A DNA stretch of 64,000 nucleotides, taken from Octopus bimaculoides. Its lineage: Eukaryota. The translations under genes and the position numbers were made by a program. The notes beneath the pieces were generated by a model, which saw only the letters and a list, made by a program, of their open reading frames with translations, searched no databases and was not told where the DNA came from. Where the stretch lies: assembly GCF_001194135.2 (NCBI RefSeq), contig NC_068984.1, positions 130,942,823-131,006,822 of the forward strand, given 5' to 3'. Below are positions 11,991 through 24,999 of the stretch, in pieces (position 1 is the stretch's first letter; each line of letters starts with the position of its first letter).

Positions 11991-14900
11991 ATATCTATAT
12001 AAATATATATACATAAATATATGTATGTATATATCTATATAAACACATATATATATATATATATATATATATTGGGGCTAAAAGCAACAGTAACATCCAC
12101 CCCTAGGGGTCAGCCACATTTAAGTGGCAATATACTTCACTTTATATATATATATATATAAATNNNNNNNNNNNNNNNNNNNNNNNNNNNNNNNNNNNNN
12201 NNNNNNNNNNNNNNNNNNNNNNNNNNNNNNNNNNNNNNNNNNNNNNNNNNNNNNNNNNNNNNNNNNNNNNNNNNNNNNNNNNNNNNNNNNNNNNNNNNNN
12301 NNNNNNNNNNNNNNNNNNNNNNNNNNNNNNNNNNNNNNNNNNNNNNNNNNNNNNNNNNNNNNNNNNNNNNNNNNNNNNNNNNNNNNNNNNNNNNNNNNNN
12401 NNNNNNNNNNNNNNNNNNNNNNNNNNNNNNNNNNNNNNNNNNNNNNNNNNNNNNNNNNNNNNNNNNNNNNNNNNNNNNNNNNNNNNNNNNNNNNNNNNNN
12501 NNNNNNNNNNNNNNNNNNNNNNNNNNNNNNNNNNNNNNNNNNNNNNNNNNNNNNNNNNNNNNNNNNNNNNNNNNNNNNNNNNNNNNNNNNNNNNNNNNNN
12601 NNNNNNNNNNNNNNNNNNNNNNNNNNNNNNNNNNNNNNNNNNNNNNNNNNNNNNNNNNNNNNNNNNNNNNNNNNNNNNNNNNNNNNNNNNNNNNNNNNNN
12701 NNNNNNNNNNNNNNNNNNNNNNNNNNNNNNNNNNNNNNNNNNNNNNNNNNNNNNNNNNNNNNNNNNNNNNNNNNNNNNNNNNNNNNNNNNNNNNNNNNNN
12801 NNNNNNNNNNNNNNNNNNNNNNNNNNNNNNNNNNNNNNNNNNNNNNNNNNNNNNNNNNNNNNNNNNNNNNNNNNNNNNNNNNNNNNNNNNNNNNNNNNNN
12901 NNNNNNNNNNNNNNNNNNNNNNNNNATATATATATATATATATAAAGTGCAGGTGCTTCCCTTGCATATTGTTTTGGGTTCAGTCCTACTGTGTGTTACC
13001 TTGGGCAAGTGTCTTCCACTGTATTCCTGGACCAGCTATAGCCTTGTGAGTGAGTTTTGCAGAAAGAAACTAAAAGGTGCCCATTGTGTGCATGTGTGCA
13101 TACATGTACATGTACGTATATGTTTGTACGCTCAAAAACAGGTACCTTACTTGGAAACAGGTGAGGGTTGACAACGGGAAGAGCATCTGGTCATAAAAAA
13201 ATCTATTTCAACAAATTCTGTTTGCCCTCACATAAACATAAAAAAAGTGAATGTTAAAACGATGACGACAAATGATGACGATGATGATAGTAATGATGAT
13301 CGTGATAATGATGGTGATGGTGATATATCAATAACCATGTTAAAAAAGTTACTAAACAGGTGGTGTAGCAGTGCAGCAATCTAAAATCCGGCTGCATATA
13401 GCTTGGATTAGAAAACATGCCATACAACTATTCTTTTATATTATGTCTGCAGACAAATATTTAGTTTTCTGTTCTCACTCCTATCATCACTATTTTAGCA
13501 TTGATAATACTGAGGATTTGTACGTTTAAACACACAATCAATGATGACGACAACGACGATGATGATGATGATGATGATGATGATGGCAACAAAAGCAGGG
13601 GTTGCAACAATGGCAGTGATGATGATTATGATGATTTCTTTCTTTCAATGTGTTGTTAATCTTAATATACCACTTAATATCACTGCAGCTGTCAGAAGAG
13701 GAGGAGGGGAGATTTTTATGGCTTTTTTTTTCAGAATTTCGTAGTGCTTCTTGACTGACAAGACAGAGATATGCCAGGGTAATTCTGGAGATAAAGAATT
13801 AGGTGGGAAGAGAAGCCAAGTGTAACGTACCATCAACTATTGCAGAGGAATAGATGCAATGGAAGAAACGGGGGGAGGGGGGGTACAGTTCTTTGGTATT
13901 GGTGAAAGAAGGCTTGCTTATTAGTAATTAGTGTCTTGGATGCCATCAAATTTGTATGTATAGGCACTGATGTGGCTGTGTGGTAAACAAGCTTGCTTCC
14001 TAACCATGTAGTCCTGGATTCAATCCTACCATGTGATATTTTGAGCGAATGTCTTGTGAATGGGTGGATTTGTTTGACAGAAATTGGAAGAAGCCCATCA
14101 TATATGTGCATGTATATGTATGTATATACATATGTGTGTACATGCGTGTATGTGTGTGTGTGCATGCATATGTGTGTGTGTGTGTGTGCATGCATCTGTG
14201 TACTCTTGTCTTGACATTATGTAATGGTTGTAAGTGAGCATCACTGTCATACAAGCGAGGTTGGTCTTTGCCAGTCTTCCATGAAAAACATATCTGGTCA
14301 TGGGGCTATTTTACCTAGCCTGAAAACAGGTGAGGTTTGGTAACAGGAAGGGCATCCAGCTATAGAAAATTTGCTTTAACAAATTCTTTTTGACCCATGC
14401 AAGCAAGCATGGAAAGATGTATACTAAAAGATGATGATGCATGCATTGTCCTTTGATGTCCTGTAGAACTAAAAAAAAAAAAACATCTTTTCCTCTGCTG
14501 TATATTTTTATGTTAGTTTTGTGGTTACGTGTACTATGATATAAACATTGGGAACATATTGTATAGGTAGCATACAAAGTTGTTTAAAGGGAGATATAAT
14601 TGCAATATTACCTAATTAATGTCTTAGTTATTGTAATTTAATTGGATTCGTTAAACTTGAGGTAAATGAATCATACCACTGTCTAATTTGCACATTACAA
14701 ATACAATCTGTAATCAGAACCGTAAAAATATGAAAAACTTTTCTCAAGTTTAAAATGGAAGTTTTTTTTTTCCTACATTCTAGTGATTGATGCAGTTTTG
14801 TATCTCTGTTAAAAACTAGCTTCTTCCTGACAGGAAAATGTTAAATAATTACAAACAGAAGAAAACATACATAAATATGTACGCATGTTGAGTAGAGTGG

Positions 14901-15222
14901 AAGAGGTTACACCGTCTCAAATTCAGAGGATTCACTATTATCATTGACATCAATTTAGTACTTCTGTACTAACATGAGGAAAACAAATCCAAAACACAGT
15001 TACCAGTTACTTGGCTCAATCCTGCATAGAATATTTTGTGGATGGTTTATTCGTGCCAACTACTGTAATAGCTTTGGACAATACATTGATTTTAAAACTC
15101 ATTGTCTATAATTGTCAGCAATTATTTTAATTTCTACTTCATCATGTAACTTGTTGCTTAAGCTAATCTTAGCTTTGAATTTCATCATGAAAATAAATGT
15201 CTTCTGACAATAACCAGGTGTG

Positions 15223-15260
<38 letters not shown>

Positions 15261-15524
15261 GAATTAATTATTGCTCTGTCATTTGACATAAGTGTAACCC
15301 AAGTTGTGATTTCTTGTACAGCTGTTGTAAAGATTCAATCAATATATTTGACTTTAGCTATTTATGCTTCGTAAACTCTATAATTTATGCTAGTGGGTGT
15401 ATATGTTAATGTGTGTATATGCTTGGGTTTGGGTTCTGTTATGATTTAGTTGGAGAGATGGGCAGTACCCATGACAATTGTAGGTCCTTTATATCTTAAA
15501 TGATGATGATGATATTGTTGTTGT

Positions 15525-15903
15525 TGGCACTCCGTCGCTTATGACGTCGAGGGTTCCAGTTGATCCGATCAACGGAACAGCCTGCTCGTGAAATTAATGT
15601 GCAAGTGGCTGAGCACTCCACAGACATGTGTACCCTTAACATAGTTCTCAGGGATATTCAGCATGACACAGTGTGACAAGGCTGACCCTTTGAATTACAG
15701 GCACAACAGAAACAGGAAATAAGAGTGAGACAAAGTTGTGGTGAAAGAGTACAGCAGGGTTCACCACCATCTCCTGCCGGAGCCTCGTGGAGCTTTAGGT
15801 GTTTTTGCTCAATAAACACTCACAACGCCCGATCTGGGAATCAAAACCGCGATCCTATGACTGCGAGTCCGCTGCCCTAATCACTGGGCCATTGCGCCTC
15901 CAC
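15525..15903 (-). mobile_element. tRNA-derived SINE family C, full-length copy
   Basis: Reverse complement of the 21260 copy; GATGATGATAT-like duplication at both flanks. Confidence 0.85.
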
Positions 15904-16665
15904 AGATGATGATATACATACATACATACATGTATGCCATCATCATCATCATTTTATATCCGGTCACCATGTTGGCATGGTTTGGATGGTTTGACATGGA
16001 GCTGGCTATCAGGGAGCTGTTCAGACTCCCAAATGTCTATTGTGGTATTGTTTCTATAGCTTGATGTGCTTTCTAATGCCAACCACTTAAAAGAGTGTGC
16101 TGGGTGCTTTTTACATGTCACCATCATGGCTGCATTTACGCAGCATCAGCATGGGTGCATTAATGCAACACTGGTACGGGTACCTTTTAAGTGGAGCTGG
16201 CACCTGAAAGGATAAGCCTGTATATGTGGAAGACTGCGATTTTACTTAGCTTATCAAGTCTTATCAAGTACAGCAAGTCGCCACATCTCCCGGTTCCTTG
16301 TCATTTCCTCAATGAGGCCCAGCATCTGAAGATCCATTCTTACCACTTTATTCTATGTCTTCCTGGATCTACCCCTTCCACAGGTACTCTCCACAGCTAG
16401 AGCTCAGTGCTTCTTTATCCACAAACATATGTAAAGATTGATATATGCTTTTATTTTGTTTTATTGTAAACTCTTTTATTTTAACCTTAATTGAATTTTC
16501 TAAAATATTTTTCCAATGTATTTATTAAAGTGACTTACCTTTACCAAAATGTTCAGCTACCCTTACCCTTAATAAGTATTCATTATTACCCATCTCCAAG
16601 GTGGTAAGCTGGCAGAACCATTAGCATGCTGGACAAACTGCTTAGGAGTATTTTGTCTGTCTTTA

Positions 16666-16883
16666 CAAGGGAGTGCTAAAAAGTTTCTGGCTTTAGGGGA
16701 AAGAAAATACTGGAGGATCAGTTAACTATGATTTTATACAACATATTCCCCTATCAGATGCACTTACTTATTGCAGCAGTCTGTCAGTTTTTCTAAGCTC
16801 TTTAAAAAGTACTTGGAAGGTTGGTCCTCTAGCCAGGCCTTTCATGACACCCTTAAAACCAGGAACTTATCAACACCCTCTCG
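16666..16883. mobile_element. Tc1/mariner-type MITE nested in a family B SINE
   Basis: TA-flanked imperfect TIRs CAAGGGAGTGCTAAAAAGTTTCTGGCTTT / CGAGAGGGTGTTGATAAGTTCCTGGTTTT. The SINE sequence resumes on both sides. Confidence 0.75.
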
Positions 16884-17840
16884 TACATACTGAGCTTAAA
16901 TTTCACCAAGGTTGATTTTACCTTTCACCCTTTCAATGTTGATAAAATAAGTACCAGTTGAGTACAAGGGTCGATATAATCAACTGTCTCCCTCCCCACC
17001 AAAATTTCATACCTTGGGCCTAGAGTAGAAAGGGTTGTTATCTATCCCAAAGGTGGTGAACTGATAGAATCTTTAACACACCAGATAAAATACTTAGTGG
17101 CATTTCTTCTGGGTTGATGAAATAAGTGCCAACTAGCTCCTTATCCAAAATTTCAGGCCTTGTACCTATAATAGAAAGACTTATTACCTGTTCTTACTGC
17201 CTTCTGTATTTCTTATTTCTCCCCTTTACTTTTCAATACTCTATCTTCTATCCTTCCTCTTTTTTTCTAACTTGATCCATTGAATCGGGATAAATTACCC
17301 CAAGTAGGGTAAAAATGAAATTCTTGAGGGTAATGAGGACTCATTAGACATAAGTAGAATTATATAAAATATGTGTTCCTTGTTGTGGCAGAAATTTTTC
17401 TTCTAGCAACACCACATCTGTATAATGTAATAGACATGTAAATAGATTCAATAAAACTTTTGACTTCAAAGAATCTATGATTTCTTCATTTCAAGTCTAT
17501 GGTGTAAATAAATATATTTTGGGGTAATTGGTTAAAAAAGTTCCCTGACCCCTGGACTATATTATTCAATGTCTTTTTTATAAGAGGTGGGTAGATTTGG
17601 TTGATATTGCTCACAGGTGAAACAACCATATAGAGGGTTCCCTGTTAGCCCATGTTATTAATACTATTTCCATGTGGTTGCTCAATCTGTTAAAAATAGC
17701 TGCTAAATGCCCTCTAAATATGAAAATATACAAAAAAGAAAACAGAAAGGACACATTAGACAATGTAGCTTCTGATATCCATCGTTTTGTATATTAGGGA
17801 CTATGACAAGTAGTCATGGCTGGAATGCTTTTGATCATAG

Positions 17841-18262
17841 TGTAGTGACCTCTTATAGCAGACGACTGTTATATGTTCAATGTCCGGAGTTTTATTCACG
17901 CATGCGCAGGGACTAGTTCCGGAAGGAATACAGGAAGAGTCTCATGCACATGCGTAGAGTTCGACACCCAGCTTTGGCGCCTTTTCTCAGTCTCTTCGTT
18001 GACTGATCTCCATCGAGCGAAGACGTCCAACAGAGCTCTCTCACATGTCAGCACCAGAGCTTCACAAATAACCACGGAAATCATTCAGAAGGCGTCTCAG
18101 TAACCGAGGGCGACGAGCTACCGAATTCCCTCCAAGCGTGAACTGAATTCCACTGTAAATAAATATTGTTATGTTGTTCAGAATCTGCGTTCCGTTGTTT
18201 CTTCTAGAAATTTAATGTACGGAAGCGGTGTACACCTAATGGTATATAACCAGTTCCCTACA
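17841..18262 (+). mobile_element. Solo LTR (Ty3/gypsy-like), 422 bp
   Basis: Termini TGTAGTGA...TCCCTACA, exact 4-bp TSD ATAG (17837-17840 and 18263-18266), internal AATAAA near 18156, CpG-rich. Orientation is inferred from the AATAAA. Confidence 0.8.
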
Positions 18263-19328
18263 ATAGCTTTGCTTGATGGGGGATGACCTGAGCTAAAGAA
18301 CAACAATAACAACATAAAAAGATTAAAGGCAGAACTGACTGCTGCAGGATTTGAGTTCAGAATGCAAAGAGGTGTAACTAAATATCAAACCCTGTGACCT
18401 TCAGTAATAACAATAATAAAATAATAATAATGATGTCAATAAGCATAAAATGGTTATAATTACTTAATTTTGCTCCAAATTAAAGTATCGGTACATATTA
18501 GTGCATAAATTACTGCCCAATATTGAGCTATTGCTTAATCTTTGTATTTCCTAAAAAGCAAAGCTCATTTTCCTTTTATCTCCTTCATCAAGAATAGAAA
18601 TATGTCAAAAGATTTTAAGATCAATAGTTTCTTGCATATTATTTATTGTTGATTGAGTCAATTCAATACAGATGTTACATACAAAAGAAAAAATCTTTAT
18701 TGTAATAAACGAAAATAGCAGCAATGATTGTAAATTGGTAAAGTGTTAGACAACATACCTTGTGGTATTTAGCTATGTCCCTTTATATTGTGGTTTCAAA
18801 TTCTGCTAGGGCTGATAAAATAAGTCAACTACTGGGGTCAATATAATTGATTGTTCTATTATCAATAATCTGAGTCCAGTAGCATATGCCAGATGAAAGT
18901 GCATTACCTAATGTTTAGGGTGTTGCACTCACAAACATAATATTGTGGTTTCAATTCCTAGACTGGGCAGCGCATTGTATTCTTGATCAAAACACTTCAT
19001 TTCTCATTGCTCCAGTCCACTCAACTGTAAATGAACACCAGCACCAGCTGGAATGTTAACCTTGTGACAGACCAGTATCCATTTCAGAAAGGGGAGTTGT
19101 AATCTCATCATGGAAATTAGGTCAAACTCTGGTTTTATAAGTCCGAGGTATCTTGATAGACCTATGAATATGTTAAAAATCAGTAAAGCTTTTAGACTTT
19201 CCCTATTAATTTCATCGTCTTTTGAATTATGAACATATTTACATCATAAGGGTTTTTCCATTGTAAGGTTTTCTTTTTTAGTTGATTTTCACCTAGCAAG
19301 ACTTATCGTAGTTGGCGTAATAAGTCAC

Positions 19329-19358
19329 ACCCGGACAACGTCGGGTTATACTGCTAGT
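19329..19358 (+). mobile_element. Helitron 3' terminus
   Basis: ACCCG-gacaacgt-CGGGT hairpin followed 7 nt later by CTAG/T. The 5' end was not located. Confidence 0.65.
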
Positions 19359-19390
19359 CAATAATAAATTGTATCTGTTAGTTTATTCTA

Positions 19391-19629
19391 CGGGGTGTTC
19401 AAAAAGTTTCTCCGCAGTAAGTATTTTTCATTGCAAAATAAATATTTATAAGATGGTATAAGACTACAAAAAGAATATATTAGACTTTACAAGACTTTAA
19501 AAATAAACTTTATAAGAGGTGTTGAAAGTGTCATCCTTCATATTCAATACATAAGTTGACTCTTCTACACATGTTTTGAAATACATCTTGGGAAAAAATT
19601 CACTGCGGAGAGACTTTTTGAACACTCTG
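19391..19629. mobile_element. Tc1/mariner-type MITE
   Basis: 28-bp TIRs CGGGGTGTTCAAAAAGTTTCTCCGCAGT / CAGAGTGTTCAAAAAGTCTCTCCGCAGT, with TA on both flanks. Confidence 0.85.
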
Positions 19630-21259
19630 TATGATTTTACCCAGAGACATAATTTCCATTAAAGAAAGGATTGACAGTAAAATAACAAATGTTATTGCCA
19701 AGAATATGGTACTGGTTAGTCCAAGAGTAGCATATTATTGCTAATAATAATTAAAAAGACAAATCTGTGTTGAATGTCTTCTGGCATGGCTGTGCAATAA
19801 GGAGTTAGTTTGCTTCAGAACCACATGGTTCTGGGTTCACTTCCACTGAGTGGTACCTTGAGTAAGTGTTTCTACTATAGCCTTCAGGCTGACCAAAGCC
19901 TTGTGAGAGGATTTGATAGATGGAAATTGAAAGAAACCCATCATGTGTGTGTATCCACCTCTCTATATATATGTGTGAGTGTCTTTGTGCATGTCTCCTT
20001 ACCTCTTTGACAACTGGTTTTGGTTTGTTTACATCCCTGCTGGTTTAGCAAAGAGACATACAGAATTAGTACCAGGCTTTAAAAAATAAGTACTGGGTAT
20101 TAAGGCAGTGCCCCAGCATGGCCACAGCCCAGTGACTGAAACAAGTACAATATAAAAGATATGATTAAATAGATATAAAATTTTTGGCAGTTGATAATGT
20201 CTGCTACTGTTACTATTACTGCTGCTATAATGGTTTCTTAATTTACAAGCAACTATTATGTCAATAAAACATTTAAAAAAAGAAAAAAAACCTGATAAGC
20301 AAATGGCTCAATCAGGAATTGAAATTTTACTATAAATAAAATAAGGAAAATGTCTGAAGGACATTCAACAGCTTCAATTTCATGCGACACCACATAACGT
20401 TGGGAAGTAATAATTGCCTTACCCATTAAACCAACAGTTTAGCTGCTTAACCATACAATCAGTTGTGCAGAACATTTATAATGAATGTGTAACTTGTCAC
20501 TCTACTAGTTATGTATACAATGGTATAGTAACCCTGAAAATTGTAATTAGTCATTATGAAATTCCACTGCTTGTTCTCCAGTTGCAAATTAACAATTACT
20601 AGATTATTGCACACTTACAGCAGTAACTCAGATATCATGTATAGCAATTACTACCAGCTTTTAACAGAACAGTTAACAAAAACTATTTCTTTTTTAATAT
20701 GTCATAGTTTTGTTGAGTCACATCTTGTCTCGTCGGTTGAGTGCTTGCATACTAAGCTGAAAAGTTGACAGTTCATATCTCATCATCTGCTAAACAGTCT
20801 CTAGGTCCATCATAGAAGGAATGGCTTCTTTTTCCTTCACATTTTTCTATTGCTTTTTTTTTTTTTTGCTCTTCTTATTTTTGTGGTGATGGTCATGATG
20901 GAAATTAAAGCAAACTGAATCAGTGACATACATTTAAATATCTGATCCTCGCATCATGAGTAGCAAGTTCCATCTAATCTAATCTATTCTAATCTAATGC
21001 TCTAGGGAACAGCACAAATATTGCAATATTCCAAAGTCTCTTTTCATCAATCTGAAACTCATTTTCAAATGATTGTATTATATCAATATATTCATTTGAA
21101 ACATCATTAGATTAAATTAGTGATGTGAATAACATTTATAATGCTGTGACACTGGTCTGTCTGAGAGACTGGTGTGTATTTTAACATACAAGTCTCTTTA
21201 GGAAGTTTCTCTGAGACAAAATATTACAGCTTTGTTTTTCCATCCTCTTAAGTATATGA

Positions 21260-21641
21260 GTGGAGGTGCAATGGCCCAGTAGTTAGAGCAGCGGACTCGC
21301 GGTCATAGGATCACGGTTTCGATTCCCAGACCGGGCGTTGTGAGTGTTTATTGAGCGAAAACACCTAAAGCTCCACAAGGCTCCGGCAGGGTATGGTGGC
21401 GAACCCTGCTGTACTCTTCCACCACAACTTTCTCTCACTCTTCCCGTTTCTGTTGTGCCTGTAATTCAAAGGGTCAGCCTTGTCACACTGTGTCACACTG
21501 AATATCCCCAAGAACTACGTTAATGGTACACGTATCTGTGGAGTGCTCAGCCACTTGCACATTAATTTCACGAGCAGGCTGTTTTGTTGATCGGATCAAC
21601 TGGAACCCTCGACGTCGTAAGCGATGGAGTGCCAACAACAA
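21260..21641 (+). mobile_element. tRNA-derived SINE family C, full-length copy with TSD
   Basis: A-box TGGCCCAGTAGTTAG, B-box GGTTTCGATTCC, (CAA)n tail, and 11-bp TSD TAAGTATATGA at 21249-21259 and 21642-21652. Confidence 0.9.
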
Positions 21642-21846
21642 TAAGTATATGAACTGAGATCAGTTCANNNNNNNNNNNNNNNNNNNNNNNNNNNNNNNNN
21701 NNNNNNNNNNNNNNNNNNNNNNNNNNNNNNNNNNNNNNNNNNNNNNNNNNNNNNNNNNNNNNNNNNNNNNNNNNNNNNNNNNNNNNNNNNNNNNNNNNNN
21801 NNNNNNNNNNNNNNNNNNNNNNNNNNNNNNNNNNNNNNNNNNNNNN

Positions 21847-21988
21847 GCAATTATCCCATAAACCATGGTGGAAAGCCAATTTTTTCATCTCCGAACCCAT
21901 TCTATTTGGGACTTGGGATGGTGTTTTTACGTCCTGTCTTATCAACTTACTTGGAGTTGTTATCTTTCTGCGAATGGGATGGATTGTG
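21847..21988 (+). CDS. SLC12A8: SLC12A8 coding exon; 5' end hidden in the N gap 21668-21846
   Basis: Frame from 21848 reads [47 protein letters not shown], matching the SLC12A8 motif PWWK...[20 protein letters not shown] donor at 21989, phase 0. Confidence 0.95.
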
Positions 21989-23155
21989 GTAAGATTGGTT
22001 TCTTTACTTCTATAAATTTGTCACATCTCTCAGGTACAAATGTGGATGTGTATTTAAGAAGTTCACTTCACAACCACTTGTTTTCAGGTTTCATCTCACT
22101 GCTTGGTACCTTGGACAAGTATTTATTTTCTTCTGTAGCCTCATGAGTGTAATTTAGTACATGGAAACTGTACTAAAGCCTATCGTATGTGTGTGTATGT
22201 TTGTGTGTGCATACATGTGTTGGTATTTTGTGTGTTCATATTAACACCAATCTAAAAAAAACCCAGTGTTGTTGTTTCTATGGTCCCTTTTATGTCCCTT
22301 AACTTTGCAGTTCAATAAAATGCAATCAATATGATAAGAACCTGACCAACGACTATAACCAGTATAAAAAAATAAAAGAAAAATTAATGACAGCTAAACA
22401 ACATGACACATGAGAATGATCTCTCTATTCATAATGGTTGTAGTTAGTCTTTTCTTATGATACTACAATGTATTGTCAATCTATAATCAGATCTATCTTA
22501 CATTAAGAGGTATGGGATGTTGGAAAGGAGCAATGTTTTGGTAGGGTTCTTGCTAATTCCTTCTCAGGACAGCTTGTGGCGTGGAGAGGGGAGACCAGTA
22601 TGCATGGGTGACTGCTGGTCTTCTATAAACAACCTTGCCTGGACTTGTGCCTCGGAGGGTAACTTTCTAGGTGCAATCCCATGGTCAGTCATGACCGAAG
22701 GGGGTCTCAGCATACCTCATCTGTCAAGGAGATTAGACAGGCATCCTGTCTTGAGAGAGATTTATCTTTCATTAGCTTAAATGCCATGAAACCTAAACTA
22801 CAAGCTTGGGAGGTTTTCACATTCTTTACATTATAATTCTTTTTTTCTACTATAGGCACAAAGCTTGAAATTTTGATAGAAGGGAAAAAATCAATTTACA
22901 CTGACCCCAGTATTCAACTGGTCTTTATTTTATTGACCCTGAAAGAATGAAAGGCAAAATCAACCTTGGCAGTATTTGAATTCAAAATGTAAAAAACTGG
23001 AAGAAATGCTACTGAGCATTTTGTCCAACATACTAATGATTCTCCCAACTCACTGCCTTTCTTTACATTGTAATGTATTGTAAGATAATTTGAGTTGAAT
23101 ACAAATAGTCTATCATGACTGAAGTACACAGAATAATTTCCCAAATACTTTAGTC

Positions 23156-23452
23156 CAGGGGGTTTTCAAACTTTTTGACTTGCGGACCCCTTTATATTTC
23201 AGGCTTTACCTTAGGGACCCCCTTATAAACACTTATGAAATTTATACATAAATATTTGCTTAAAATAACATATATTTTTACATTTGTTTATTTAACAGTA
23301 TTTAACAAATAGGCTTATTGTCAATTAAAAAATTTCGATTAAAAACCATATATAAAATCAAATTGCCCATAAAAAGTATTTGCTGTTCACGGACCCCTGT
23401 CTTGTCCTTGTGGACCCCCTGTGGTCCACGGACCACAGTTTGAAAACCACTG
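23156..23452. mobile_element. hAT (Charlie-like) MITE with perfect TSD
   Basis: TIRs CAGGGGGTTTTCAAACT / CAGTGGTTTTCAAACT; exact 8-bp TSD CTTTAGTC at 23148-23155 and 23453-23460. Confidence 0.9.
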
Positions 23453-24999
23453 CTTTAGTCAATAGACAAACAGTTTTTGCTACTTTGCTTTTTCATAACG
23501 CCAGGATCAATCCCATTTGACAAAAATTAAACAGAACTTGCATAATTATCTCATCGTTTTAACTCTGACACTTTGTTCAGCTGTAGCATGATTTATAACT
23601 ATCATTAATCATTTGTTAATCAGAACAGCACTGTTCAAACTCATGTAACCATTTAATATCAATATCTATTTGATGACAGGGAAGTCTCAAAAATGATTGA
23701 ACAATGGACTTAAAATGTCTTGCAGTATTTAATTTTGTCTTTATATTCAGTTTAAATCCTGTTGCCATTGACTTTGTCTTTCATTCTTTTGAGATAAAAT
23801 AAATGCCAGGTGATTACTTGGATCAATTTAAATTGATTATACTCCTCCCTTACCAATCTGTGGTCTTTGTTGGTACTTCCCTATTATTGACAGTCAATTT
23901 CAGACTTACTAAAGGATTAACAAATAAGAAATCAACTATTACAGGTGTAATAGTTGATCAATGACTTTCAGAATAGGTATCACTACATTAAATTTTTACT
24001 GGTACTTTTCTCCATGAGGTAATGATAACTATTATTCTGAAAGTCTGCCAATCATCTATTACACCCATCTCACAAGTGTAATAGTTTATTAATCCTTTAA
24101 TAAAAAGAAAACAATTGGCTGTCAATAATAGGAAAGTACCCTTTTGTCAATGTGTTAAACCAATACATGTTACTTTGTAGTATTAACCCTATAACCAAGA
24201 AAATCAATCACATTAAATGTATGTCTGAAAAAATGGAATTATAATTGTTTTTTTCCCTGTGCACTACTATCCTGTCTGATGGTAGCTTTTATGGCTTTAT
24301 GAATATTATTTATTCAGAACCAGAACTGAAATGGTTAAAACCTTCTCAATGACTAAAATGTATATTAAATATTTCTGTGATGTCTCAGTTGGGAATATGA
24401 GTTATTATACAACCATGATGATTATGATGATGACTGTATAATACAAAGACACATAGGAATAATTTTCTCCTCTTAATCATCTCCTTTGACACAAAATTAT
24501 GGATTTTAAGAGTAAAATATAAGTCCAGTAACATGGAGTCACCCATACATACATACATACATACATACATTCCTTCTGGAATAAAATATGTACCAGTAAT
24601 ATGCCTGACTCAAAATATTTGATTATACACACTCTCTCATAAAACTGAGCAAAGGAAACAATTTGTTTCCTGTGTTTTTATTGCCTTTCAATTTCAACAT
24701 GAATAGATTAGTTATTGTATTAACAATTGCTAATATTCATAGGACTTTTGTTATTTCTAACCACTCGTGAAATTTATGCAAAACCTGTTATGCTTTAGTC
24801 AAACACTCTGCATAAGGATGCAAGTCAACAACTGCAGTACAACAGGGACTCACTAGTTCAGTACTAGTTCACAGTCATATACATCACATTATTATTATTA
24901 GCTGTAAGGCTAAGATGCTAAACAATTGACCATATAGTCAGAAGTTCAAATCTTACTACTGCTATTGTGTTGTACTGTTATTCATCATTATTATCATCA

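Noticed and set aside
14834-14878. Possible SLC12A8 N-terminal exon (GACAG/GAAAATGTTAAAT...)
   Set aside because: Weak donor, a nearby stop and no recognisable homology.
21260-21335. tRNA-like heads with A and B boxes (also at 11585, 26365, 60460 and 63912)
   Set aside because: They continue directly into SINE bodies with tails and TSDs, and no complete cloverleaf is evident, so they are not called as tRNA genes.
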